Shown: positions 48,318 through 62,975 of the stretch, piece after piece
Numbering within the stretch: the first letter of the stretch is position 1
Layout of the letters: each line of letters starts with the position of its first letter
DNA from: Octopus sinensis
Taxonomy: Eukaryota
Length of the DNA: 64,000 nt
Assembly (NCBI RefSeq): GCF_006345805.1
Contig: NC_043008.1
Span: forward strand, 43,338,001-43,402,000
Reading direction: 5' to 3'
Translations under genes and position numbers: made by a program
Notes under the pieces: generated by a model
Told to the model about the DNA's origin: nothing
The model's database searches: none
What the model saw: only the letters and a program-made list of their open reading frames with translations

Positions 48318-48405
<88 letters not shown>

Positions 48406-49465
48406 CGTGTGTGTGCCTGTATGTGTGTATGCATACATATAGAGATATAGACATATTCTATACCTATGCATATATATGTGTGTATGTGTGTGTTTGTGTG
48501 TGTGTCTGTGTGTGTGTGTGTGTATGTGTGTGTGTGTGTGCTGCAATGCGATCAGTGTGGGCAATTAAATGTTGAAGACAGCGGTTATGTAAATTAATAT
48601 GGCAGTTTATTAAAGTATATTTATGTCACGTTACGAAACTATCACTGAACGAAAATAGCCATTCTATATTTGAGAAAACTCTAATTAGAAACTTCATCGT
48701 TACTTACAGAGAATCTCCATGAGTCATACAGTGCTATTGTATGGTCTTGCATTCTTTTATTGGTTTTAGTCATTCGGCTGCGGCCAAGCTGGAGCATGTT
48801 TTTCGATCGATATATTTGAATATGTCTGCGTATATCGAAGATAAATTCATTTACAGAACTGCTATATTCGACAATTAATTAGTGACTTTCTTCATAATCC
48901 AAATTATGTGTGTCTGTCTGTGTATGTATATAGGCGCAGGAGTGGCTGTGTGTTAAGTAGCTTGCTTCCCTCCATGTGGTTCCGGGTGCCTGGCACCTTG
49001 GGCAAGTGTTTTCCACTATAGCCTCGGGCCGACCAAAGCCTTGGGAGTGGATTTGGTAGAAGGAAACTGAAAGAAGTCGGTCGTATGTATACGAGTGTGT
49101 GTGCTTGTGTTTGTTTCCCCACCATCACCATCGCTTGGAAACGGGTTTTGGTGTGTTTGAGTCCCCATAACCAAGCAGTTCGGCAAAAGAAACTGATAGA
49201 ATAAATACTAGGCCTACAAAGAATAAGTTCTGGAGTCAATTTGTTCGACTAAAGGCGGTGCTCCAGCATGGCCGCAGTCAAATGCTTGAAATAAGTAAAA
49301 GAATAAAAGAATAAAAGAATATATATATATATATATAATATATATATATATACATATATACATATATACATATATACATATATACATATATAGAGAGAAA
49401 TATGGAGGATGGTTCGCGTTATGTATGTATGTATGTATGTATGTATGTATGTATGTATGTATGAT

Positions 49466-49655
49466 TGTCTTCTTCCAGAAAGTCAATCTGGCTTTCGCGT
49501 GGGACGCGGGACCGCTGGTGTGATCTTTCAGCTAGATAGTTTAAGGAGAAGTGTGTGGAACAGTGACTGGTTTTATATCAGGTTTTTGTCGATCTGACAA
49601 AAGCCTTTGATACCATTAATAGAAATGCACTGTGGAAAATTCTCCAGAAACTGCC
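49466..49655 (+). mobile_element. RTE-clade LINE RT fragment
   Basis: LLPESQSGFRVGRGT...FVDLTKAFDTINRNALWKILQKL. Confidence 0.85.
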
Positions 49656-52600
49656 AAATTTTTTTATTCATACTTTTTTGATTTTTGACAGGTGTCTTAG
49701 GAGTTAAAATAGGATATAGTATTTAAATTTTCTTCATACGTGAATCATTTTGGAAATTATGATAAATTTCTCGAATAGGGATTGCTGGAAAAAAGCCTAT
49801 TTATCCTTCAATTGCAATAATAAACATATTAGGTTTTTTGAAACTAGAGTATCAAATGCGAATGTGTATGAAATATCAATGAATGATATAGATAGAAAAT
49901 GCTAACTTTTGAAAACAGTCAGTATTTTTGTTGTCAAAAATTGCGATTTATGACATAAAATGTCCTCTAGTATTAGCCAGAGCTAATAATGACAAACTTT
50001 AATTACTAAATATTGTTAAACACACCTCTGTTAATGCAATATACACAAGCAATTCACTTTAAATACAACGAACAACAGGAAGTGGGACTGTTTTAAGAAA
50101 ATCCTCAAACGGGGAACGTGGAAGGCATTGGATTAATGTTCAAATGCCATCCAGGCCAACATTTCACTAATTCTAACAATCTACCTTGATGCCCTGATAT
50201 GCCCTGATAATACATTAACACAAATCCAGAATGAATTCCACTTCTGCTTTTGGAATTGTCACGCATCATTGTCATTTAAAATGTTAATGAGAAAATAATG
50301 AATGCCATGAATCCACGTTTTCCGTTTCGTCCTCATATTAAATATAACATTTGTAACAAGAACAAACTGCTGAGATATATTTCTTTTTGATTGTATCTTT
50401 TCTTTCAGAAGTGGATTGTCTAAAATGTTGCTTTTTACCGCTCATAATTTTACGTTCAATAAAATTAATATTATCAATAGCATAAACTTTGTAATCATAT
50501 GCGTGTGTATTTATATGTATGCATCTTTATTTGTGTGTAAGCATATATGTAAGTATGTAGATTAATGAGTGTAAGTTATTTATGTATATAAATGTATGTG
50601 TTTGTATGCTGTGTGTGTGTGTAGAATATTGATGTGGTTTTCTTTCGTCGATAAAGGAATAATTTCATTAAAGCAATTAATTCTTAATCTTAATAAATTT
50701 TCAATGATTTCAGAAGTCCCGATATTTTGTATGATTATAAAACCATTTAGTTATGACGTCATATGAATCAAATTTTTTAAAATAAGAGAATTAAAAAGAA
50801 TAGATTTAGCAAAATTAGCGTTCACTGTGTCTTTTTTTCTGTTTTTTTTTTCTTTTTTGGCTGAAACTTCTAATATATTTCTATTGTGACATCATTTCAT
50901 GCTAGATATTTTAAGTTACAGAGATGTGTGGGAGGGCAATCGTTGCCGTCATGTCTCGTACGCCAGCAGCGCATTGAAGACAACCAATGAAAGTCTGCCC
51001 GATATAGCGCGACTTGTGCAGCTGTCTTTATTTCATTACATTTGCCATAAATGCATAATACAGATGGAAGCTTGCGGACTGGACACAGACACAATGATGA
51101 TGATGGAATGAAAAAAGAGATGGTTGGTGGAGGAAGCAGCCAACGCCCACCGATTGTTACTTCCCGTTAACATTGTTCCTTTTTTAAAACACAAATGAGG
51201 TATTAAACCTCTTACGACCCAAATCAACCCAATAAAAACAAAGTTAAGCAAAATATATTCAACTTGAGACGTTAAGCCTCTTACCAAAATCACCAAGTTC
51301 GAATCGAAGCACTAGGACCTCATACACTACCTCCCAGATTAAGTCTCTTGCCGCCTGCAGTCGCAAGCCGGGGCCCCATAAAAGATAATTATATTCATCC
51401 TTGGTAAAGGAATCTATCACCCTATGGAAATATTTTTCCGCCATGACTTCCGCAGCAACCTGCGGAGGCCAATCCGGGCTTTCAATGCAGGTCAGGACCG
51501 CTTGATCAATCGTAAGTCGTGAATTCGATTTCCGGACCGCATTGTGTGTTGCGTTGTGGCGAAAAAGGTTTATTTCACGTTGCTCCAGGTCACTCAGCTG
51601 TTGAAATGAGTTGCGACGTCACATGTGCCAAGCTGTATTGGTCCCTGTGCCTTTCCCTTGGATAACATCGGTGGCTTGGAGAAAGGAAGCTGGTATGCAT
51701 GGGCGACTATTGGTCTTCCATAAACAAACATGCCCGGACCTGCATCTCAGAGGGTAACATTCTAGGTGCAATGCCATGGTCGATCATGACCGAAGAGAGT
51801 CTGGCTTTTTTTCACAATTTTCAGAAGTTGTAACTTTCATCCATTCATTTGTCCGACGGTCCTTATAAGAGATCCATAATATTCTATACACCCACGTTTC
51901 AAACGCATTTGATTACGTTCTCTTCAAATTTGTTCAGGGTGAGTGGTAATAGATTTAGTAAATTATTCTTTGTTTTTACGTTGTTGTTCTTGTATTTTGA
52001 CATAATTCTTGTATTTTTGTTATGACGTCATTACAATCTACATAAATACATCTAGCTTTCTCTCCTTCTCTGTATGTTTAAATTTTTCATGAGACACGAA
52101 GATTCGAAATATAAGCTGTATCTTATCTAAAAATCATTTCAATATGGAGTTATTTTACCAACTGTATGATAATTATTCTTTTACCTGTTTCAGTCATTTG
52201 ACTGCGGCCATGCTGGAGCACTGCCTTTAGTCAAACAAATCGACCCCAGGATTTATTCTTTGTAAGCCTAGTGCTTATTCTATCGGTCTCTTTTGCCCAA
52301 CCGCTAGTTTACGGGGACGTGAACACACCAGCATCGGTTTTCAAGCGATGCTGGAGGGGAGGACAAACACTGACACACACACATACATATATACATATAT
52401 ACGACGGGCTTCTTTCAGTTTCCGTCTACCACTCACAAGGTTTGGTCGGCCCAAACTTATAGTAGAAGACACTTGCCAAAGGTGCTACGCAGTGGGGACT
52501 GAAACCCGAACCATGTGGTTGGTAAGCAAGCTACCTACCACACAGCCACTCTTCCGCTTAAGTATATGTGTGTGTGTGTGCCTGTGAGTGTGTGCGAGTA

Positions 52601-54433
52601 TGTATACGTGTGTGTGTGTATGTGCATGTGTGCGTGTGTGTGTGTGCGTGTGTGTGTGTGTGCGTGTGTGCGTGGGTATGTGCGCGTGTGTGTGTATACG
52701 TGTGTATGTGTGTGTGTGTCTAAAGTTATATTAGAGCATGTGTACTTCCAATGTTTATTGCCTTTGATTGTTTTATTAGATAATGATTTTAAAAAACCGA
52801 CTTAATTGCGTCTCGTTTAATAAATTAACTCCTCACTTCCTCTTCTCTTCACTAATTACGACAATCGCTCAGACTTAAATATTTATTATTCTGAAATAAA
52901 AATATGTATTCTTCATGTGTAAAGGACATTTCGAAGACATGACATTTTCCAGGCTTTTTTCTTTATCTTCTTTCTGATTTAATTTGTATTCGTGGAGTTT
53001 GGGTGTGTGGTAGGGGGGAGGCTACCGACGTCTGTGGGGAAGAATTTTGCAGCAATTCTTGTGATAATGACTCAGGCACTGCTTATCATTGCAACGATAA
53101 TGATAGACAGAAAGGCGGCGAGCTGGCAGAACCGTCAGCACGCCGGGCGAAATGCGTAGCCGTATTTTGTCTGCCGTTACGTTCTGAGTTCAAATTTCGC
53201 CGAGTTCGACTTTGCCTTTCATCCTTTCGGGTTCGATAAATTAAGTACCAGTTACGCAGTGGGGTCGATGTAATCGACTTAATCCGTTTTCCCCTCTGTG
53301 TTTATATTCAAATGAGGAGAAAAGGCTGCGGTCATAACCCTTTTGTTATCAGACCTTTCCTACATTGCAATCACTAGGCTCCACGCACAAGTTCAATCAA
53401 AAATGTATATAAAAGTCTTCAAAAACGAAAACAATTTTGTCTGACCAAGCCAAAGGGAGGCAAAATTTCTGAACTTGAATTCCTTGTAACATAAATGGAC
53501 AACATTTAGCATCCCTGGCAAAGTATTTTCCATGTACAGTGCCACCATGGGGACAAAGAAAACGATGAATACTACCATATATAGACAGCAAATTTTAAAA
53601 GCATCCACGCAAAATCATACCAAGGGAACATACATAAGTATATCAAATGAATAACAAACACTGCAAACTCTGTAGCGATTAATCCTATAACATTATAACA
53701 TATTTAAGCAGTAAAATTTTAAAATAACTTATTGGCTATTAAATGGAAAGCGTTGGTTGTCCCTTGCATAGCTATACCAAATTAACAACAAACCCTGCAA
53801 ACTCTGTACTGTTGAACGGCAATCTATTAAATTCTATTCACTTATATTTCTGTGTATATATTCTTCATTTCTTTATACATTCTCCTCCGTTGAAGTCATT
53901 ACAGCGTTTAGGCTACATATATTTTCAAAACCGTATTTCAAATTAATAGCTAGATGTCACTTTAAATTTCTTTGACAGTTGTGGAATTGAAACTCCCCGC
54001 CTCTGTGAATCTGTACATCCCAAATTATGGTCATTTGTCATTTCCAGAAAACGTTAGTTGAATTAATCCTAAACAATGATATAATTCTGACGTCAGATCA
54101 AAGAAAAAGCACCTCGCAACTTTCTATCAACCTACATCCTACACACACATACTTTCTGTTGATCTCCTCTATCCCCTTCTACACAATTTTCCCCGGGCTA
54201 CCAACGTCAAGCCAAATTTCATTTGACATATCTCTCCAAGCTACAACACAGAACTCACTAAAGATACTACAAAACCAAGATAAGCCCAAGTAAAGTACAG
54301 TCTGACGAAAGTGACGAGGCCGAAACTTCGGAATCTTCAAACTTTTCTTAGCAAAAGTTTAAGAAACACGTTGTCTGCGAAACGATTATTGAGTACACAC
54401 ATGTGTGTAGGGGGCGTATGTATATATGCATGC

Positions 54434-54466
<33 letters not shown>

Positions 54467-54973
54467 GTATGTATGTATGTATGTATGTATGTATGTATGT
54501 ATACACATATAAGTGGGTGTGTATTAGTATTTTCCTTAGGCCAAAGCGACACTACCAGCCAGTAGTTAGAACTGAATATACACATGCTTTAGAGTAAAGA
54601 GTTGGGCGAATTCAGACAGTAATATTAATTCTTGAATGGCAAGGAAGCAAGAATTACGTAACCAAATTCATTAGCTTACAGCTATTTCTGCAATAAGAAT
54701 CGGTACACTCAAAGGATTGTATATACATACATATATATGCAGGAATACATATATATGTATGTATTTATGTATGTAAGTATGTATGTATGTATGTATGTAT
54801 GTATGTATGTATGTATGTATGTATGTATGTATGTATGTATATATGTATATATGTATTTAAAGAGTTTGAAGAATTAGTATAATTTGACAGCGAACATAAG
54901 GATGCAAATAGAAAAAAGACTGAATCTGCCTCTGGCTTTCAGCCTTTCTACCTTTTGTCTTTTCTTTCTCTCT

Positions 54974-55008
<35 letters not shown>

Positions 55009-55229
55009 TTCTCTTTCTGTTTTTCGCCCGCTCTCCTCTCTCCATCATTAAACTCGCATTGATACAGATGCTGCAGACTCTCTAATAAAGATTAGAAATA
55101 GTCATTAGGAATAATTATATGGTCGTAAGAGTATTCCAGCGAAGCAAGCAAGAAAAACAACAAGTCAGCACTGACACACGCATACATATACATTCACATA
55201 ATCACATAGATACACACATGTACCCACCC

Positions 55230-55740
55230 ACACACACTCACACGTACATACATACATATATACATATATATACATACATACATATACATACATACATATA
55301 CATACATATACATATATACATATATACATACATATACATACATATACATACATATACATACATACATATGCATATACATACATAAACATACATATACATA
55401 TATACATATATATACATACATAAACATACATACATATACATACATACATATACATATATATACATACATAGATATACATACATATACATATATATACATA
55501 CATACATAGATATACATACATATACATATATATACATACATACATAGATATACATACATATACATACATACATAAACATATATACATGCATATACATACA
55601 TATACATATATATATACATACATACATAGATATACATACATATACATACATACATATACATATATACATATACATATATACACACATATATATTATATAT
55701 ATACATATATAATATAATATATATGTATATATATGTATGT
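55230..55740. repeat. Compound (ACAT)/(ACATAT) minisatellite-like array
   Basis: Direct inspection; (TATG)n arrays also at 54430-54500 and 54760-54850. Confidence 0.92.
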
Positions 55741-56168
55741 GTGTGCATAGACATACGTACAGGCGATAACAAACAGAAAACAATGGCAGATGCCAATCTT
55801 AATAGTTTCGTTCTGTTTTTGTCTTTATTTAAATTTTATTGTATATTTTACTTTTTTGAGTTTTAGATTCTTTGTTTTTTCTTCTTATTTTGTCTATTCT
55901 TCTCTAATTCATTTATTATTATTGACGGTTTAAATTTTTCCTCGTGGAATAACATTCTACGAAGTTTTATACGAAAACCATTAATGTCATGTTAATCTCG
56001 AGTACCTTAAGTATATCGTTTAAATTTGTCTTTATTGTGTTTATTCAGTTTTATATATTTTGTAATTGTGTTCGGTTTCTTAAGATTTTTACATTCTTTA
56101 TTCGTTATTGTTTCATTGCATTATTTGTTTTTATTATTGTTATCACTATTGTCTTTGTTTTGTTTTGT

Positions 56169-56169
<1 letters not shown>

Positions 56170-56214
<45 letters not shown>

Positions 56215-56231
56215 TACTATTACCATTATTA

Positions 56232-56290
<59 letters not shown>

Positions 56291-56317
56291 ATCATCATTA
56301 TTATCATTATTATTATC

Positions 56318-56352
<35 letters not shown>

Positions 56353-56416
56353 TAATATTATTATTATTATTGTTATTATTATTATTTTATTATTACTATT
56401 ACTATTACCATTATTA

Positions 56417-56475
<59 letters not shown>

Positions 56476-56484
56476 ATCATCATT

Positions 56485-56515
<31 letters not shown>

Positions 56516-56550
56516 CATTATCATTATCATTATTAATATTATTATTATTA

Positions 56551-56586
<36 letters not shown>

Positions 56587-56650
56587 GTAATATTATTATT
56601 ATTATTATTATTAATATTATTGTTATTGTTATTATTATTGTTGTTGTTGT
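56170..56650. repeat. (ATT)n array with an internal higher-order duplication
   Basis: The variant pattern TTACTATTACTATTACCATT...ATAATCATCATT...AATATTATTATTATTATTGTT occurs twice, about 180 bp apart. Confidence 0.9.
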
Positions 56651-57365
56651 TATTTCTCGTTGACATAATCCATTCAGATCGAACATTCTTAAGTAGATTA
56701 AAAGCAAGAACATTATAGAAGTGAAAGAATAAACGGAAAGAGATTTAGAAGAAAATTATTATTTAAAATGTAAAATTAGAAAAAACAAAAACACGAAAAA
56801 TGGAACAATCCAAAGAATTCCAAGAAAGAAGATCTTGATGGTTTTCTTTATTCTTGTCTTTCTGCTAGCCGTAAATATGATGTTTATTTATGCACCAAGC
56901 TACAGACATTTAAAGGGAAGTGAAAAATTTTCTCTTCTGGTCGTATCATTGCTTTGAACTTTTAAGAAACCAGAGAAACGATTCGAAACCGTGTCGCGAT
57001 ATTGTCTCGACGGCGACTTCTATTAATTAGCAAAATATTTATTTCGTAATTAGAAATATTGATTTCTTTTCGACATAAGTATGAAACTTCCAAATTTGCC
57101 CTTAGGATTTGACATGTACTTACCATATTGTCTCTGAAGGAATGAGAGAGTTGGAGAGAGTTTGGTTTGAATTGAGGGCTCTGAGGAATGGAATTCAAGT
57201 AAATAACAGAAAGTATTTCGTTCTCTGTTCCAGAATATTCTACCATTTTCTACCACGTCTCCTTTCAATAAATTAGTACCACACAGTCACGCGTTCGCAC
57301 GCACATTCACATACAAACACACACATACTCACACATGCATATATATAGATATAAGGATAATATAT

Positions 57366-57572
57366 ATATTTAAATATCGATCTTATCGAGTGGCCAGCAT
57401 GGGAATAAATACCATACAAATGTAATAATTATTTAAAACTATAAATTAGGGTATTGATATTTCGGCTTGGTGGTATCTCTCAGATACCCTAATTTATAGT
57501 TTTAAATAATTATTACCTTTGTATGGTCTTTATTCTCATGCTGAACACTTGATAAGATCGATATTTAAATAT
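57366..57572. repeat. Foldback element with 89-bp inverted arms
   Basis: Arms 57366-57454 / 57484-57572; partial related copy near 57985-58035. Confidence 0.85.
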
Positions 57573-57729
57573 CGATATTATCCATATTCATAAATTTATA
57601 TATTTCGTCATTGTATTCACTGTGGTGTTAATTTTGACTATATCGCGCTTGGAGATGTTTGGCGGGCAATTTAAGCGGGTCTTGTGCATATATATGTATG
57701 AGCGTTCGTATGTGTAAGTATAACGTATG

Positions 57730-57784
<55 letters not shown>

Positions 57785-59123
57785 ATATATAATATATATA
57801 TATATATTTATGTGCTTATCTGGTATATTCAACTGAAGAAGGCAGAGTTTCTCTGATGCAAAGTCAGAAATCCAAGATCTTGAATTATCCAGAAAAATCT
57901 TTTTTGCTAGTTTATTTTATCTCTCTATCTTCTCTCCTGGCGCGATATAAACATCTAAGGTGGCTTTAGGCTCGGGGTTTTGACTGCTATTTCAGCATGG
58001 TGGTATCTATCAGATACCTTAATTTATAGTTTTATGTGTGCATATATATATAGTAGGGTAGCGGATTCGCGGTCGTAGCATAGCGGTTTCGACTTCCAGG
58101 CCGGGCATTGTGAGTGTTTATTGAGCGAAAACACCTAAAGCTCCATAAGGCTCCGGCAGGGGATAGTGGCGATCCCTGCTGTACTCTTTCGCCACAACTT
58201 TCTCTCACTCTTTCTTCTGTTGGCCTGCTCGCTTATCCAGTAAAGTGGCGTCATTTGAAGGCTAAAACAATGTGAAGCGCATTGTGACCAGCGATGTGTA
58301 GCAACATCTGATAGCCTGGTCGGTAAATTAAGAGACGAAGATGGAGAGTTAGTGGTTGCTAATCATTTTCTTTTCTTCCTACAGCTTACATCGGCGCAAG
58401 CCTAGCAATGAAAACACGAATATCCTCTTTGAACTAAATGAGGATGTTTAGAGAAAACTAATGCAAAGTCTGCAGCTTCTGCTTTGCTTTTCGATGAAGC
58501 TTCTGTGACGTTTGGATAAGTGTCAACATGACTGAGAACCAGATAGAAATGGTAGAATTTTCAGAAGATCCAAATGGAATCGATTCCTTCATTCACAAAC
58601 GGAAAGAAAAGGAGTGAACATAGCAAAAGTTCCAAATTGCTGTTTAATTCTCTGTAAATACTGTTATTATTCAGCTTGTGAGTGTCTTGGAGAATTAAAA
58701 AGAAAGAAATGCGCAAAATTTAAACACACACACACAGATATACAAACACACAAATGCACACATGTAGTAAAACATGTATAAAACACATCCTGTAAATACA
58801 TCGACCTAAAGAGACAGAACAATGTGAGCATATGTTCCTGCGATAAGCAGTCTGTGTATAAGAATAATACAAACACACGCAGAATCCCAAGCACACACAC
58901 ACTCAAACAAAGACCCAGGTACATTCATGGGCAGTCACATTATAGATGCAACTCAACTCTGACAAGAAGTGTATTGAGCACTTTTATGTTTTAATGTTAT
59001 ATCACAACACACACACACATAGGCACACCTACACGCACATGCACATACACAACACAGGGGGGGTTTCATTGCCCAAAACTAGGTCTGCACCTTATATGTG
59101 TGAATGTTATATGGTTATAAATA

Positions 59124-59168
<45 letters not shown>

Positions 59169-59301
59169 GTTTATATACATACATTTATATATATATGTAT
59201 ATATACATACATGTATATATACATGTATGTATGTATATATATATATATATAATATATATATACATGAATATATGTATATATTATAGATACATGTATGTAT
59301 A

Positions 59302-59333
<32 letters not shown>

Positions 59334-59470
59334 TATATATTATTATTATTATTATTAATAATATTAACAGAAATGTCAGAGTGACTCAAGGGCCGAACAT
59401 TTTCTTCACTATTATTGTTGCTATACACGTTTGTGTTGTTATACTACTATTAGTAGTAGTAGTAGTGGTG

Positions 59471-59506
<36 letters not shown>

Positions 59507-61516
59507 GTATAGCGATGAACTACAGAATAGGAAGACGACTAACAATACCTTCAGGTATTTTGTGTCGCCATCTTTGTATATCCTGAATTCAAAACCGGCG
59601 ACGTACGTTTTTACCTTCCGACTTTCCGGAATGCGTACAAAGAATGCCAGTCCAGAGAGAGGGTCGATACAATGGCTTATAAATGCCCGAAGCTGCTTGA
59701 CCACTGAATTTAGACCACGTTACTATGACTTAAATGGGGCCCCGTTACTCTAACCGCCAGCACTTGGGCGACTATATTTCGTCTCCCTATTTATGAAGCC
59801 ATCATCCTTGCTGATTTCAACATCCACAACCCCTTTTGATCCTCTCTCACTCTAGTTATCTTCTATCTTTTTTCCTTTACTCATTTCAATCATTAGACTG
59901 CGGCCATGCTGGGGCACCACCTCCTTGAAGAAATTTTATTCGAAAGTATCAACCCAGGATTTTAGCTTTTATCTTTAAACCTGGTACTTAGTATTTCTTC
60001 CTTTTTCTTTTTCCTTGTTTCAGTCATTTTGACTGCGACCATGCTGGAGCACCGCCTTTAATCGAGCAAATCGACCCCGGCACTTATTCTTTTGTAAGCC
60101 CAGTACTTATTCTATTGGTCTCTTTTGCCGAACCGCTAAGTAACGGGGACGTAAACACACCAGCATCGGTTGTCAAACAATGCTAGGGGGACAAACACAG
60201 ACACACAAACATACACACACACATATATATATACATATATACGACGGGCTTCTTTCAGTTTCCGTCTACCAAATCCACTCACAAGGCATTGGTTTGCCCG
60301 GGGCTATAGTAGAAGACACTTGCCCAAGGTGCCACGCAGTGGGACTGAACCCGGAACCATGTGGTTGGTAAGCAAGCTACTTACCACACAGCCACTCCTG
60401 CGCCTATGTTGATTTTCTTTTTATAAAAGCAGAAAGTTTTAACCTCTTCCTACCTGTATTACTTATTAATTGTAATATCTACGCGTATTTTCGTCCGTTG
60501 TACAAACTCTTCAAACACCCCTGTCTAGCTCTTTATCTTTTCTATCTGCTGTCACAGTTTCGTCTGTTTGAAGCTAGTTTTTGTCTTACTTTTGTCCCGT
60601 TATTGCCCTGCTATCACAGTCTTATCGCCCACATGATTGGCCGACCATTTACCAATCAATACATCTCATCCAATATCGATCTACCACTTACATAATATCT
60701 TCTTCAATGTTTCGTTTTTCTTAGATCTTATCTCAATATTTATTGTTATTGTTTCCTCCAAGTTCTTCTCTCAATATCCTCGTTTCTTTTGGAAACCTCT
60801 CCACACATTTTGCGTTGTATTTCTTGCAAGTTCTTATGTTTCTTCTTGTGTCACTTGAGAATTTTTTGGGTAATGCATTTCAATTAATATTTAGAAACAT
60901 TTTTTTTCGTTTTTTATTTTTTTTATTTTACGTAATTCTCTTCGAAATCTTTATCTACGCCGAGGAGTTTTCTTCCATTTATTTTCTCCATTTTCTTTTT
61001 TATCGTTTAACTTATTCTACGTGACTACGTTGACATTTATGCGTGTAACATTAACAACGACCTGCCCCATGTATGCGCATATTGGTGTGTGTGTGTGTGG
61101 GGGGGGTGTATAAACACATATACACCCATACTATATGTATGTATATATTATGTATGTATGTATGAATGAATGTATGTATGATGTGCATTTATACATATAT
61201 AACAGAATACAATATATAAATAATATAGGCATATAATAAAATTTTATAGACATGTATGAGTACAAAATGTTATACATATATATAAATATACATATATATA
61301 TACATATATATATATGTATATATATATATATATGTATATATATGTATATATATGTATATATATATACATATACATATATTTTTATATATATGTATGAATA
61401 TATATATGTGTATATATATATGTACACACACATGCACACGCATACATCACACACACTCATATACACACACACACATATATACCCATATACATATATATAC
61501 TTGTGTGTGTGGTGTG

Positions 61517-61547
<31 letters not shown>

Positions 61548-62744
61548 TGTGTGTGTGTGCGTGCGCGTGTGTGTGTGTATAAATCATTGCCAATGTCTAA
61601 TAAGATTTGTTGAATTACAATATTGGTTAATCTGATTATTTCTTTGATATATATCTGTGAGCTCTAATTTAGTTATCCGTGCATTTCTTCCCGCCAACTT
61701 TGTTTGCAGATTTCTATGTTTTGTTGCTCTTGTTCTTGTTGTATATTTCTCCATCTCAGTTTTTACATCATACACAATCATTTCTTTTTTGTCTTTTTAG
61801 TTTGTTTTTTTTTTGCTGTTGTTTCTTTTGTATAATACGCCATGTTTTCTTCTCATAGTCATGTTCTTGTTTTTTGGTTTTTTTCCTTTCATTTACATAA
61901 ATCTTTACGGCTAACATTGTTGTCAATACTTATCTCTCTTGATTCCGCAAGTGTTTTCATATATACATCGCTCACTTTTATTTTTTCCGTATTTACCTTT
62001 CCTTACATTTCTTTTCTATCCTTTATCGTATTTTAAGATGACATCGTGTTTCGGATTGTTCTGGGGTTCTTTTCTTTTCCAGAAAGTTCTTGCGATTACC
62101 TCAGTAGGTCTTCTCTCTACTTACGAGAAAGTTCTCATGTTTTCTTGAAAGGTTTTCTTTAATTATAATTATAAACATCCATGATTCTTAAGCCGTTTTA
62201 TTTCTAAGTACTTATGATTTATATGATTTTCGTTTTCATCATTACGTCTTGTATACATTATACCATTTCCCGCTACTAAAACTCCATATTATATTTTCAT
62301 TTTTTTCTTTTTGTTTCAGTGTTTCTTTTGAAATCTCATATCTTTTTCATGCTCCGGTCTTTTGCATCATCGTACGTATTATATCCTAGGCTCTCCTTGA
62401 TATTTTCTTACATAGTGTGCGACGGTAAGGTTTCGTGTTTATTTTGGCTTTTAGAATAATGTTTTCTGTGGTGAACTGAGGAACTAACATTATAGATCTT
62501 TGTCTCCATCTGTTACTGAAAGAACTGTCATTTGAATTATGGTTTTTTTTTTTATTATTATGGTCACATTTCCACGTATACATTGGCCTGTATATTTTTA
62601 CTCGCCTAAAGGGTCAGTCGTGACGAGAATCACTGAAAAGAGATGAAGTGCATCCCTTAGTCCCGAAAGAATATATATTTATGGAGATATAGTTCTATAT
62701 TTAAGAGAAGAGGAATTATGTACATTATTTACATTATTTACATT

Positions 62745-62847
62745 GGACGGGTATTTGTCCTCATCTCGTTTGTTGTTAACACAATGTTTCGGCTGATATA
62801 CTCTCCAGCCTTCACCTGATGAAGGCCGAAAGGTATATCAGCCGAAA
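62745..62847. mobile_element. Penelope-like terminus with an inverted junction
   Basis: 28-bp inverted arms 62787-62814 / 62820-62847 (TGAAGGC.G.AG.TATATCAGCCGAAA); CTGATGA at 62816-62822. Confidence 0.5.
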
Positions 62848-62849
62848 GA

Positions 62850-62975
62850 TGCCACTCAAAACATTGCGTTCGACCCTTGGACTCGTTCCCGTAAGCTTGC
62901 CGAAGCATGCTCAGTGTTTCAGTAACAGACTTCCTAAGTTTAACACAAAATTTCACGTTGGCTCTTCGTTCCTGT
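62850..62975 (-). mobile_element. Mariner transposase N-terminal HTH fragment
   Basis: ERRANVKFCVKLRKSVTETLSMLRQAYGNESKGRTQCFEWH. Confidence 0.88.

Noticed and set aside
54302-54330. CTGACGA...CCGAAAC hammerhead-like spacing
   Set aside because: No stem II pairing and no NUH triplet with supporting stems
55989-56713. Poly-Leu/Ile/Tyr/Asn ORFs resembling membrane or prion-like proteins
   Set aside because: Frames of the (ATT)n array
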